NCBI RefSeq assembly: GCF_006345805.1
Contig: NW_021834396.1
Span: 1-48,904, forward strand
Length of the DNA stretch: 48,904 bases
DNA from: Octopus sinensis
Lineage: Eukaryota
Direction of reading: 5' to 3'
The notes beneath the pieces are model-generated. The model ran no database searches and was not told the origin of the DNA. It saw only the letters and a list, made by a program, of their open reading frames with translations. The position numbers and the translations under genes are program-made. Position 1 is the first letter of the stretch; each line of letters opens with the position of its first letter. This document shows, in pieces, positions 13,911-24,636 of this stretch.

Positions 13911-14130
13911 AAAGCAGGCGAGGTAGCAGAACCTTTAAAGGGCCGGGCATTATGCTTAGCGGCATTTCGTCCATCCTTATGGTTTAGGTTCAAATGCCAC
14001 TAGGGCCGACTTTGCCTTTCTTTCATTGGGGTCCATAAAATAAGTACCAGTTGAACACTGGGGTCGATGTAATCGACTTAACCCGTCCTCCTGTGATCGC
14101 TGCCCCTGTGTCAGAATTTGAAACCAGTAT
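13911..14130 (+). mobile_element. Deu/Nin-domain SINE (diverged)
   Basis: 'gccgactttgcctttc...ataaaataagtaccagttgaacactggggtcgatgtaatcgactt'. Confidence 0.8.
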
Positions 14131-14374
14131 GATAATCCGCTTAAAGGCGAATTATCTAAACTTTGTGGGGAAGGTGCTAGCTGGTTACATTCATACGAGT
14201 GCTTAACTGATACTCATTTTATCGAACTCTCAGGCACAATAGGCAAAGTCGCCTTCAGCTGTATTTGAACTCGGAACGTAAAGACAGACGAAATAACGCA
14301 AAAGCCTTTAGTTCTACCAGTTCTCCGAACTTCCCTTATATTATCAAAACATACAATATCTATGCATACTATAT

Positions 14375-14545
14375 AGGCGCAGGAGTGGCTGTGCGGTAAG
14401 TAGCTTGCTTACCAACCACATGGTTCCGGGTTCATTCCCACTGCGTGGCACATTGTCAACTGTCTTCCACTATAGCTTCGGGCCGACCAAAGCCTTGTGG
14501 GTGGATTCGGTAGAAGGAAACTGAAAGAAGCCCGTCATATATATG

Positions 14546-14592
<47 letters not shown>

Positions 14593-14808
14593 GTGTGTGC
14601 ATATGTTTGTGTGTCTGTATTTATCCCCCCAACATCTCTTGACAACCGATGGTGGTGTGTTTACGCCCCCGTAACTTAGCGGTTCAGCAAAAGAGACTGA
14701 TAGAATAAGTACTAGGCTTCCAAATAAATAAGTCCTGGGGTCGATTTGCTCGGCTAAAGGCGGTGCTCCAGCATGGCTGCAGTCAAATGACTGAAACAAG
14801 TAAAAGAG
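14375..14808 (+). mobile_element. composite tRNA/CORE/(TA)n/Nin-like SINE
   Basis: Head 'ggcgcaggagtggctgtgcggtaag...ggttccgggttcattccc', internal (TA)n(TG)n, tail 'ggcggtgctccagcatggctgcagtcaaatgactgaaacaagtaaaagag'; same layout at 23498-23900. Confidence 0.88.
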
Positions 14809-16178
14809 TATCTATCAGTCTATCTGTCTATCTATCTATCCACCCATCCTTCCATCCATTTATCTATCTGTCTGTCTATCTGTCTATCTACCTATCTGTC
14901 TTTCTGATTATTCTATATATCTATCTACTTCTAAGTCTGTCTATCTGTCAGTCCGTCCATCCACCCATCTATCTGGGGTAGAAAGGGCTCCTTAGCCGTA
15001 GTGAAGGCAATCTATCTAGGGAGATAACCTTACAATAAATCACTGGGTCCGTAGCTTAGAAATACTGGGTTGACGTCCAGCGGGAACAGCTTTGTTTCAT
15101 GGAGGAGGAAAGATCTTCTTTAGTACTTGGTTGTACAATGCTTTCCAATGTGTGTAGTAGTGGCGCGCGCACACATTATTAGCCATTTGAAAAGACTATG
15201 AAAGTCTCGACCACGGTCGAACAATGATGATGATGATCTATCTATCTATCCATCTACCTACCTACCTACCTATCTACCTACCTACCTACCTATCAGACTA
15301 TCCTAAAACGGAAAGGATGTGAACTGAAAGAGTTATAGTTGCTTCCATTTCAAGTAGATAGAGACTCTCTATCTATGAAGGTTACTCCTTCGGTTTGTTT
15401 AAAGTGGAAACAAGGAAAAGAAAACCTAATCCAATATATCATTGCCAAAAATATCCTGTGGATATTTGAGCTGAAATAACAGACTAAATCGTTTTTCGTC
15501 TCGGAAGAATCACAATATCAGTCAGTAATCTACCATTAAATACTTATTTTTCATTTCTCATTCGTATTTCATTATCCATTTCCTTGGATTGTAGGATTGC
15601 TCTCTCTCTTTCACTCTCTCTTTCACTCTCTCTTTAACTCTCTCTTACCTTCTCTCTCTCTCATCTTCTCTTCCCCCCCCTCTCTCTCATAGATTTCACA
15701 CAAAAAGATACATATATATAATATATACGTATAATATTTTTTGATGTATAAAAATATACTTCGTATTATATTTCCTTCGGATTTATTTTTTGTATATTAT
15801 TTGTCTATGAATAACGTACACCACTTATATTATTATATATATATATTTTTTAATACAAAATGGATATCAGTGTTTATTGATATACATACACAGACACTCA
15901 CAAACACACACACTCACACACACATGCATACGTTCGTATCAATATTATAATATATATATATTACACGTTATATGTATATACATATATATACACATGAATG
16001 TTTATAAATAGGCGTAGATTTATCGTTAGCTTAATCATACAGAAACAGTCGTTTTCTAATGTTTTTAATAATCTACCCGCGAGAGAAAACTAGTTAGTAC
16101 ATATGACCTTTTTAGGTTGGTGATATTGGTCACATCTAATTCTCACGCTGAATATTATATATTTCATGTTAAAAGAAA

Positions 16179-16466
16179 TCTCTCACTATATATAAACGGC
16201 AGTTTGTCTGTCTGTGTGTCTGTGTGTCTGTTAGGTTGTACCCTCACCCTGACCACGGCTTTCAACCGATTCTGATGAAACTTCACACACACATAGCCCA
16301 ATGTCATAATTCAAAACTAACGCAGCGAAAATTTTGAAAAGTTCCTCCAGTTCTGAAAAAAATTGATAAATTCGACATGTGGTCGAGGATCTAAGCTATA
16401 ACTCTCTAAAAATGCTTTTTAGTTATTTCCCTTACAAACCCGAGCAACGCCGGGCGATACTGCTAG
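16179..16466 (+). mobile_element. non-autonomous Helitron
   Basis: 5' TC ('tctctcactatatataaa'), 3' hairpin 'cccgagcaacgccggg' followed by CTAG, inserted between A and T without TSD; second copy at 28535-28947. Confidence 0.85.
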
Positions 16467-16826
16467 TAGCGAATAGGAATTATAAAGCTTAGTGGTAAAT
16501 TCTGGCAACATATTTAATCCGGCAAAACGTATTAAGGGACTATGAAGTGGAGTAAATTCTGGCAGAATATTCAACCAATTTTATGAATCGTAAAAGTTAG
16601 GGAACTAGAATGTAGCAGATGTGTGTTCAGAAGAGCTTCGTGAATTCCTGTCCGTTCTTGGTAAAGACTCGACTGGAGAAAAGACAGCACTTACGTTATT
16701 AGTTCTCAGGTAAAAAAAAAACAAACAGTGAAACAAAATGCATTATACGACATAAAAAATTGCACACAGAAAAAGATACATGTATATACGGATAGATAGA
16801 TTGATAGATATAAAGCGAGACAGACG

Positions 16827-16866
16827 GATAGATAGACAAATAGACAGGCAGGCAGACAGACAGTCT

Positions 16867-16902
<36 letters not shown>
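16827..16902 (+). repeat. left copy of putative ~75-bp target-site duplication of Tx1 copy 2
   Basis: 'gatagatagacaaatagacaggcaggcagacagacagtct(gata)n' recurs directly beyond the other end of the element at 20760-20845. Confidence 0.8.
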
Positions 16903-16974
16903 TGTTTCTTTATTAGCCACACAGGGCTGCACACAGATAGAACAAATTACAAGGTAGAGCTTTTCTTTTGAAGG

Positions 16975-17007
<33 letters not shown>

Positions 17008-20000
17008 AAGGGGGAGGTTCGATCAAAAGGGATCGTAAAAGGAGAGAAAGAGGAAAAAATAAGGGGGGTTAAAAAAAAAAAGGGGGGGGGGGAGGAAAAA
17101 AAAATGATCAATAGGATCGTTATCACAGAAATGTCAATATGAAGTGTAAAGGGGAGGACAGGTGAGGTTTACCCGTGGAAAGAAAAGCCTGCGGAAAAGA
17201 CCACGGTAACCTCGGTCAATGAAGTCACATTTTATATTTCTTTTTTTTTTTTTTTTTTTTTTGCAAATAAGCAACTCTCTGTTTTCGATTTCTGGGTTCA
17301 TAGGACTATGCTCAAGGTGGCTTCGTCATTCATACGTGCCATTCTTGCTACATTCACCCATCTTTTTTTAAAACATTCGCTAGACAAAACTTGCCTCTCT
17401 ACTCTCACTTTCTTTTCAAGTGGTACTTGAAGAAGTTGATGAGAGATTGACCAGAGAGGAAAGTGTTTGTCTCCAATCCTTTCAGACGCGTCCACCAGAT
17501 ACATTCTTTCGCCATAGCCACAAGGATGATGAAAATAGCTCTTCCTTCCCGTTTGAAGGAAGGAGGCGTGACAATATTGACGATAGACTCAGCTGATAAA
17601 CCGACTCGTCCCACACGTGACAGCAGTTGTTCGACATAAGCCCACAGGTCGGAAATGTTGGACACTGAACGAGTGCGTGCAGAACGGTTTCGTCGCTCTG
17701 ACCGCATCTCGGGCAGGTCGGCCCCGTGTTTCTCGAGCCGTGTCTGTAGAGCTTATCCCGAACGGGTAGCGCTTCTCGGTAGCACTGCCAGGCCAGGGAT
17801 CTCTGGAAGTTGTCCATGGGCCCTGGCCCGAAAGTCGTCCGAACAGGCGGGTCAGGTACTCCTCGTCGACGTCCAGGTCGCCCCGAGCTCGTCGTCGTAC
17901 CTCCCCTCCACTAAACCCCTATAGAATGCTTTGGTTGTGTTGAAGTCACTTAAGGTCGACCCAGGACGGCAGAGTTGCTTGAGAGCAACGCGACACTCGC
18001 GGTGCCATTCGCCCTTCCTCGGCCTCTTTTTGATCCACGACTGCAGTTCGGTCATGGAGACGAGCTGCGGGAAAGCGTGCCTCACAAACGGCGACCACAC
18101 CTGTTCACCGTCGTCTACATAGAGCCAGAGATGTCGCAGTCTCAGCGCGTGTCTGCGCATCATCAACCACGGCATGCCCAGCCCTCCTTTTAACGGGTGT
18201 TGACAGCAAATGGATCGCCTGACCATCGGGACGCATCCTTTCCACAAGAAGCGAAAGAGGATGCGTTGTAGTTTGGTGATGGTAGGGTCGGGACAAGGTA
18301 CGACGGTCAGCGGGTAGTAGTAGATGACGGACGCGATGTACGTGTTCGCCACCTCCGCTCGACCTTTTAGGGACAGTTTCCTCTCGGCCCATTGCCGGGC
18401 GAGAGTGACCACCCTACTCGTTATCTCGTTCCAGTTCTTCTCCACTTGGAGGTCCGGACCAAACCAGACCCCGAGCAACTCAACCGGGCCGTCGGTCCAG
18501 CGTCCCACGACGGAGGCGCTGGTGGACGGCATGGGCTTGCTTCTCCAGGTGCCTAGTCGCAAGCCCACTGACTTTTCCCGGTTGATTTTCGCTCCTGTCA
18601 CCGCTTCGTAGTTTTTCAGTGTCTCGCCGACCAGCTCGATGTGCTCGTGGCTAGACACTATGACGGTGACGTCGTCCGCGTATGCAGACACGCTCGTCCC
18701 GCATCCCAATTCTCGCGGGATGCCCCTTAGAGTCGCCAGCTTCCGCAGTAGTGGCTCAAGAGTCAATACGTATAGAAGCGCCGAGAGGGGGCATCCCTGA
18801 CGGACCGAACGTGCAATGTCGAAAGGTCTCGATAGATGTCCATTTACGCGAATTACCGAACGGATGCCTCTGTACAAGGCAGCTATCCAGCCGCGGAAGA
18901 CGGGACCGAAACCAGCCGCTCTCAGGACTGCCTCCAAGTATCGATGGTCTACCCTATCAAAGGCTTTTGATTGATCCAAGTTGATCAGGGCCCCACCCAT
19001 GCCAGGTTCGTTAACTACCCTGTCTATGATGTAGCGCATCAGATGGAGGTTGTCATGGATGGTCCGGCCTGGCACGGCGCATGTTTGCGCCTTGTCGACC
19101 AGTTTCTCGATGACAAGCGCCAACCTCTTGGCTAGCACCTTGGCCAAAATTTTCAAGTCTGCATTAAGCAGAGTGATGGGCCTAAAGTTATCTATTACAT
19201 TTCCCTTGTTTAGATCTTTCTTCAGCAGTGTTACGGCTCCTCGGCTCACAAAACCAGGAATGCTCCCGTTTTGCTGCCAGTTGCAGTACACCGCCGCCAA
19301 GAGATCTCCAAACAAGTCTGGCATACAATTGTAAAGCTCGTAGGGTAGACCATCCAAACCCGGTGATTTGTCCCTCGAGCATTCTGCCATCGCTTCCCGC
19401 ACTTCCGCCGCCGTGATGGCACCTTCGCAGCACCCTGCCTTTCTTGTCGAGAGTCGTGGTAGGCTATGTAGGTAGGCACTGAAGTCCACCCTACGTTCTT
19501 GCCCTCCACTCGTTCCGAACAGTCGGGCAAAATGCTGCTGAAAGGCCTCACACATTTTACTTGGCTCGAGCAATTCGCGCCCCTGTTCATCTACCAGTGA
19601 CCGAATGGTGGCTTTGTTGCCCTGTTGCGCCTCTGCCACCCGGGCTCTCTCGCGGCTCCAACACCTTCGTTCCTTAGAGCACGCATCCTAGCTCTGACAG
19701 CACATCCTTCGTGTTTGGCGTTGAAGTGTTGGTCGAGGGCCAACCTCGCCGCCAAAACGTCGGATGCGATGCCGCTTCTAATTGCCTCTTCTAGCTTCTT
19801 AACTAGCTCACCCTCTACTCTATTTCTATCTATGGCTAGTGCTTTGCTGTACCTAATCGCTTCTGCTTTTACTGCTCTCTTGAGGGCAAACCACCATTTG
19901 TTGTTGATGATGGCTCCCGTCAAAGCCCTCTTACTAGTGTGCTAATCCGGTCTCTGAAAACTTGTCTCGATGGGAAAGACGCGTTTAGTTTCCAGTATCC

Positions 20001-20759
20001 GGGACCCTGCCTAAGTGTCTTACCTAAGTCTAGCGTACATGTCACAAGTTTGTGATCCGTGTAGCTGACTATGTGGAATTGTGGACATCCTATGCTATCT
20101 CTATCTACTGTCCTACACAGTATCCTATCTAGATACGATCTCGACGACCCGATGCGGTTGCTCCATGTCCACGTTGGCGCATTCGGGTGGTCTAGTCGAA
20201 ACCTGTCAGACAGTTGAAAGCGTCTGAGCAGGTCTCTGAGGCATTTGCATCCCCGTCTATTCCTATCTCTACCCACGTAGTCTACATGCGTGTCCAAGGT
20301 AGCATTCCAATCCCCCACTAAGAGTAAAGGACGAGACGTTCCCAAGAAAACTTCTAGACGTTGAAAGAAATCCGCCCGACCTGTTAAGGGCGGTGCGTAA
20401 ACTGATACGAGCCGAAAAGCGCACCCATTGCTGCCGTCGACATCCAGGACGACCAGTCTACCCTCCGGGTCTACGAATATTGTCCTTACATTGAGATCCA
20501 GACTCTTGTGAAAAAGTACCGCGGTGCCACTACCGCCCATTCTCGGCAGACAGGGGGAAAAATAAATGTTGAACTGTCCGCCAAACATGGTCTTTAGGGC
20601 CCGCGGATTGTGGAGTCTGGTCTCGCTTATGGCTATGATTTCTAACTTATGTGACTTTATGTCATTTAAGAGGTACCCTTGTTTCCAAGGGGACCCCAAG
20701 CCACGCGCATTTACACAACCAATCTTGATCATAGTTCTAATAAATTAGAATACAGAGGA
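16903..20759 (-). mobile_element. Tx1-clade (L1-like) LINE, copy 2: whole ORF2 plus 3'UTR, no ORF1
   Basis: ORF2 fragments in order EN, linker, RT, CCHC; 3' end AATAAAGAAACAT; only 27 nt between the ORF2 ATG and the (GATA)n flank. Confidence 0.95.
17298..20732 (-). pseudogene. Tx1-type ORF2 (APE endonuclease + reverse transcriptase + CCHC), ~1140 codons, broken by single-base indels
   Basis: EN: 'NARGL', 'ISETRL', 'VYAP', 'GDWN', 'SYLDRI', 'TDH', 'GPGYWKLN'. RT: 'FRPITLLNADLKILAK', 'LDQSKAFDRVDH', 'VRQGCPLS', 'YADD', 'GGLGMP'. CCHC: 'CPRC...ETVLHALVQC'. Frame changes near 19935, 19648, 17820-17880 and 17658. Confidence 0.93.
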
Positions 20760-20807
20760 GATAGATAGATAGATAGATAGACAAATAGACAGGCAGACAG
20801 ACAGTCT

Positions 20808-20880
<73 letters not shown>

Positions 20881-21130
20881 GTAGGTAGGTAGTTAGGTAG
20901 GTAGGTACGTAGGTAGGTAGGTAGGTAGGTAGGTAGGTAGGTAGGTAGGTAGGTGGATAGATAGATAGATAGATGGGTGGGTGGTTGGACGGACTGACAG
21001 ATAGACAGACTTAGAGGTAGATAGATATATGGATAGTCAGAAAGACAGATAGGTAGATAGACATATGGACAGACAGATAGATAAATGGATGGATGGATGG
21101 GTGGATAGATAGATAGACAGATAGATATAG

Positions 21131-21167
<37 letters not shown>

Positions 21168-21373
21168 AGTCGAAATACAAAGACAGACATGTATCTATAG
21201 ATGCTTGGATGTCTATATATATATTTGTTTGTATATTTGTACGTATACACATTAGCGTATCAAATGTGCAAGTAAGTGTCCGTGTGCTTGTGCATTCCAC
21301 CGTTTACATTTTTCTGTATACGCAAATATACACACCCTCTCAAACACACGCACACACATATACACACCGACAA

Positions 21374-21604
21374 GGCGGCGAGCTGGTAGAAACGTTAGCA
21401 CGCCGGGCGAAATTCGTAGCCGTATTTCGTCTGTCGTTACGTTCCGAGTTCAAATTCCGCCGAGGTCAACTTTGCCTTTCATCCTTTCGGGGTCGATAAA
21501 TTAAGTACCAGTTACGCACTGGGGCCGATGTAGTCAATTTAATCCCTTTGTCTGTCCTTGTTTGTCCCCTCTGTGTTTAGGCCCTTGTGGGTAGTAAAGA
21601 AATA
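21374..21604 (+). mobile_element. full-length Deu/Nin-domain tRNA SINE
   Basis: Head 'ggcggcgagctggtagaaacgttagc', B-box 'gagttcaaattcc', Nin-like core, tail 'gtgggtagtaaagaaata'. Confidence 0.9.
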
Positions 21605-21860
21605 CATATACACACCTACGCACGCACATGAGAGAGACATACGCACAAATATATGAATGCACGCATATGTGTGTATTTATTCAGGTCAGTAAGCATGAAT
21701 CTGTTTACATATTTGTATACGCAATAGAACTGTACGTACATAAGCATGCGTGTTGGAAGAAATATTCATATAGAGATAAATGGAAGCGACTATTATTCGA
21801 TCCTGTACACACACACACATATATGAATACATATGTGTGTGTGTGTACGTACATATAATG

Positions 21861-21894
<34 letters not shown>

Positions 21895-22190
21895 ATATAT
21901 TTAATCCTATATAATATATGTGTACATGCATGTATATATATATATATATACATACATACATTTATACACACATATATATATATATACTTACGTACATATA
22001 TACATATGTATGTGTGTATATATATATATATATTATATATATATATATATATATAATATATATATATATATAGCAATTAAGGACAACTACTTAATAAGGA
22101 AAACTTAACAAGAAATTGTCAGGTAGATAGCGTGAAAACCTCATAAGAGAATAAATTTCGAAAATAATTATTTCTTATTGAACATATTAA

Positions 22191-22508
22191 TTATATATAG
22201 AGGGCATTATACATACATGCCAGAGAGCATTATACATACATGCCACACGCTAAGAGGGACAATTAGTCATTTCTACCAAAAATATTACTAATCCCACCGA
22301 ATGCAATTTTTCAAAGTAAGACATTTAAAAAATGTAAGTATGAAATCACTGTGATACAGGTCTATATTTTTTAAATGTCTTACTTTGAAAAATTGCATTC
22401 GGTGGGATTAGTAATATTTTTGGTAGAAATGACTAATTGTCCCTCTTAGCGTGTGGCATGTATGTATAATGCTCTCTGGCATGTATGTATAATGCCCTCT
22501 ATATATAA
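22191..22508. repeat. fold-back palindrome, 143-bp arms, 32-bp spacer
   Basis: 22191-22333 is the reverse complement of 22366-22508; no mismatch found by eye. Each arm has an internal ~23-bp direct duplication. Confidence 0.92.
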
Positions 22509-23281
22509 ATATATATATATATATATATACATACATGCATACATACACATATACATATATATATATGCATATATACATATATATGTATACATGCGTATAT
22601 ATATATGTGTGTGTGTGTACACACGCACATAGTTTATTGTATTCGTTTTATGAGAAAACAAACATTCCCTATAGATTGATCGATTGGTACTATAAATCCA
22701 AAGATGCTGATAGGTAGAGACGCAGCTGGTGGATGTCGGAAACATATACATCATTTACAACTGTCATTGAAATATAAAATATGATTACGATAAATTATAT
22801 TCACAAAACATAAGCGATACGAAAGAAGCAAATTGAAAATATACGTAACTGGAAGGGCATGGGATTGAGATTGGCGTAGTTAACGAGAAGAAAAAAATAC
22901 AATATAAAAATATAAAAAAGAAAGAATAATAAGAGAAGCTTTTTTTTTTCTTTATTTTTTTTTTGTTCTGTAGGCAATGGTTAAATAATGTAGAACAGAT
23001 GGTCGGGGCATATGAGGCAGCGCAATATAAAGTAACGTTTTGAAGATAGTATAAAGTTTCTTAATCGTTAGTTGAAATACAATCCGATGAATCGTATGTA
23101 CTTAGTGAAATAATAAATATACAAATGTTAAAAGTACTAAAATCATATATAAATATATATGTATAAATATAACTACATGTATAACGGGAAGGTTTACGAA
23201 AATAAACAAAAGACGAAGGCAGGTAGAGTACAAACAAACAAATGTATTAGTATGGCGCTCAGGAATAGAAATAGTAAAAAG

Positions 23282-23319
23282 TCTTTTACGTTTCGAGCCT
23301 ACGCTCTTCAACAGAAAGA
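23282..23319 (-). ncRNA. minimal type-I hammerhead-like motif (Penelope-like element type), A6U variant
   Basis: Minus strand: tcttt-CTGTTGA-A-GAGC gtag GCTC-GAAAC-GTA-aaaga. Stem I 5 bp, stem II 4 bp, palindromic ACGT stem III, GUA triplet. Confidence 0.6.
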
Positions 23320-23497
23320 TACACAGAAAAAAAACAAGGAGAGAAAAAAATGCGTGTAGGAGCTAACAATCTATCATGGCGTTCGTATATGTGTATGTGT
23401 GTGCGTGTGTCTTATTTTAGTATACATTTGTGCATTTGTTTATACATATGTGCATACACATGTATACATACTTTTACAACACACAAACACACACATA

Positions 23498-23900
23498 CGG
23501 CGCAGGAGTGGCTGTGTGGTAAGTAGCTTGCTAACAAACCACATGGTTCCGGGTTCAGTCCTACTGCGTGGCATCTTGGGCAAGTGTCTTCTGCTATAGC
23601 CCCGGGCCGACCAATGCCTTGTGAGTGGATTTGGTAGACGGAAACTGAAAGAAGCCTGTCGTATATATGTATATATATATGTGTGTGTATATGTTTGTGT
23701 GTCTGTGTTTGTCCCCCTAGCATTGCTTGACAACCAGTGCTGGTGTGTTTATGTCCCCGTTACCTAGCGGTTCGGCAAAAAAGACCGATAGAATAAGTAC
23801 TGGGCGTACAAAAAGAATAAGTCCCGGGGTCGAGTTGCTCGATTAAAGGCGGTGCTCCAGCATGGCCGCAGTCAAATGACTGAAAAAAGTAAAAGAGTAA
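23498..23900 (+). mobile_element. composite tRNA/CORE/(TA)n/Nin-like SINE
   Basis: Same layout as 14375-14808; CORE-like 'gtggcatcttgggcaagtgtctt'. Confidence 0.88.
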
Positions 23901-24079
23901 AAGGGTAAGAGTATATATTTATATTTACCTGAGTAAGCACATATATGTGAAACACAATTGATACTTATTTTATCGACCGTTGCGGCACACGAAATACCGC
24001 TAGGAATTTCGTTCTGCGTGCTAATGATTCTGCCAGCTCGCCACCTTTAACGTAATTTTAATAATCCCCTCTGCTTAAG

Positions 24080-24282
24080 GTACAGGGCCTGAAATTTGTT
24101 AGGGAGGAGTAAATCGATCACATCAACTACACCACTTGACTGGTACTTAATTTATCGACCCCGAAATGATGACAGGCAAAGTCGACCTCAGCGGAATTCG
24201 AACTCAGTACCTTGCGGTAGAAGAAATACCGCTAGGAATTTCGCCCGGCGTATTAACGATTCTGCCAGATTACCACCTCTTA
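24080..24282 (-). mobile_element. Deu/Nin-domain SINE, reverse orientation
   Basis: 'tggtacttaatttatcgacccc...aggcaaagtcgacctcagcggaattcgaactc' is the reverse complement of the family core. Confidence 0.8.
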
Positions 24283-24349
24283 CGTAATTTCTATAATAGA
24301 ATAAAATTCAGCTATGAGGAACGAATGTTTAAAGAAATGTTGCTTGTTC

Positions 24350-24636
24350 CTTCTCGAGCCACGCCTGGCTCATAAGGGCCGGTTTCCCGGTTTTTGGCGT
24401 ATAGATTCCCCACCGGGACGGAACGCCAGTCCGTCGCAGGTGAGCTGCAAGGAGGAAAGAGTGTGAGAGAAAGTTGTGGTGAAAGAGTCAGCAGAAGTTC
24501 GCCATTACCTTCTGCCGGATCCGCGTGGTGCTTAGGTGTGTCGCTCATAAACACACACATCGCCCGGTCTGAGATTCGAACCCGCGACCCCTCGACCGCG
24601 AGTCCGATGCTCTAACCACTAGGCCATATGCCTCCG
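24350..24636 (-). mobile_element. tRNA-derived SINE, second family
   Basis: Minus strand: 'ggaggcatatggcctagtggttagagc...gcgggttcgaatctcagaccgggcg' (A and B boxes); related copy at 33990-34280. Confidence 0.85.

Noticed and set aside
16270-16282. CTGATGA inside the Helitron, and another at ~45852
   Set aside because: No downstream stem II/GAAA/NUH arrangement, so not a hammerhead.
22700-22756. 'gatgctgatagg...ggaaacatatacatc' hammerhead-like remnant
   Set aside because: The core, stem II and cleavage triplet are all defective; too degenerate to call.
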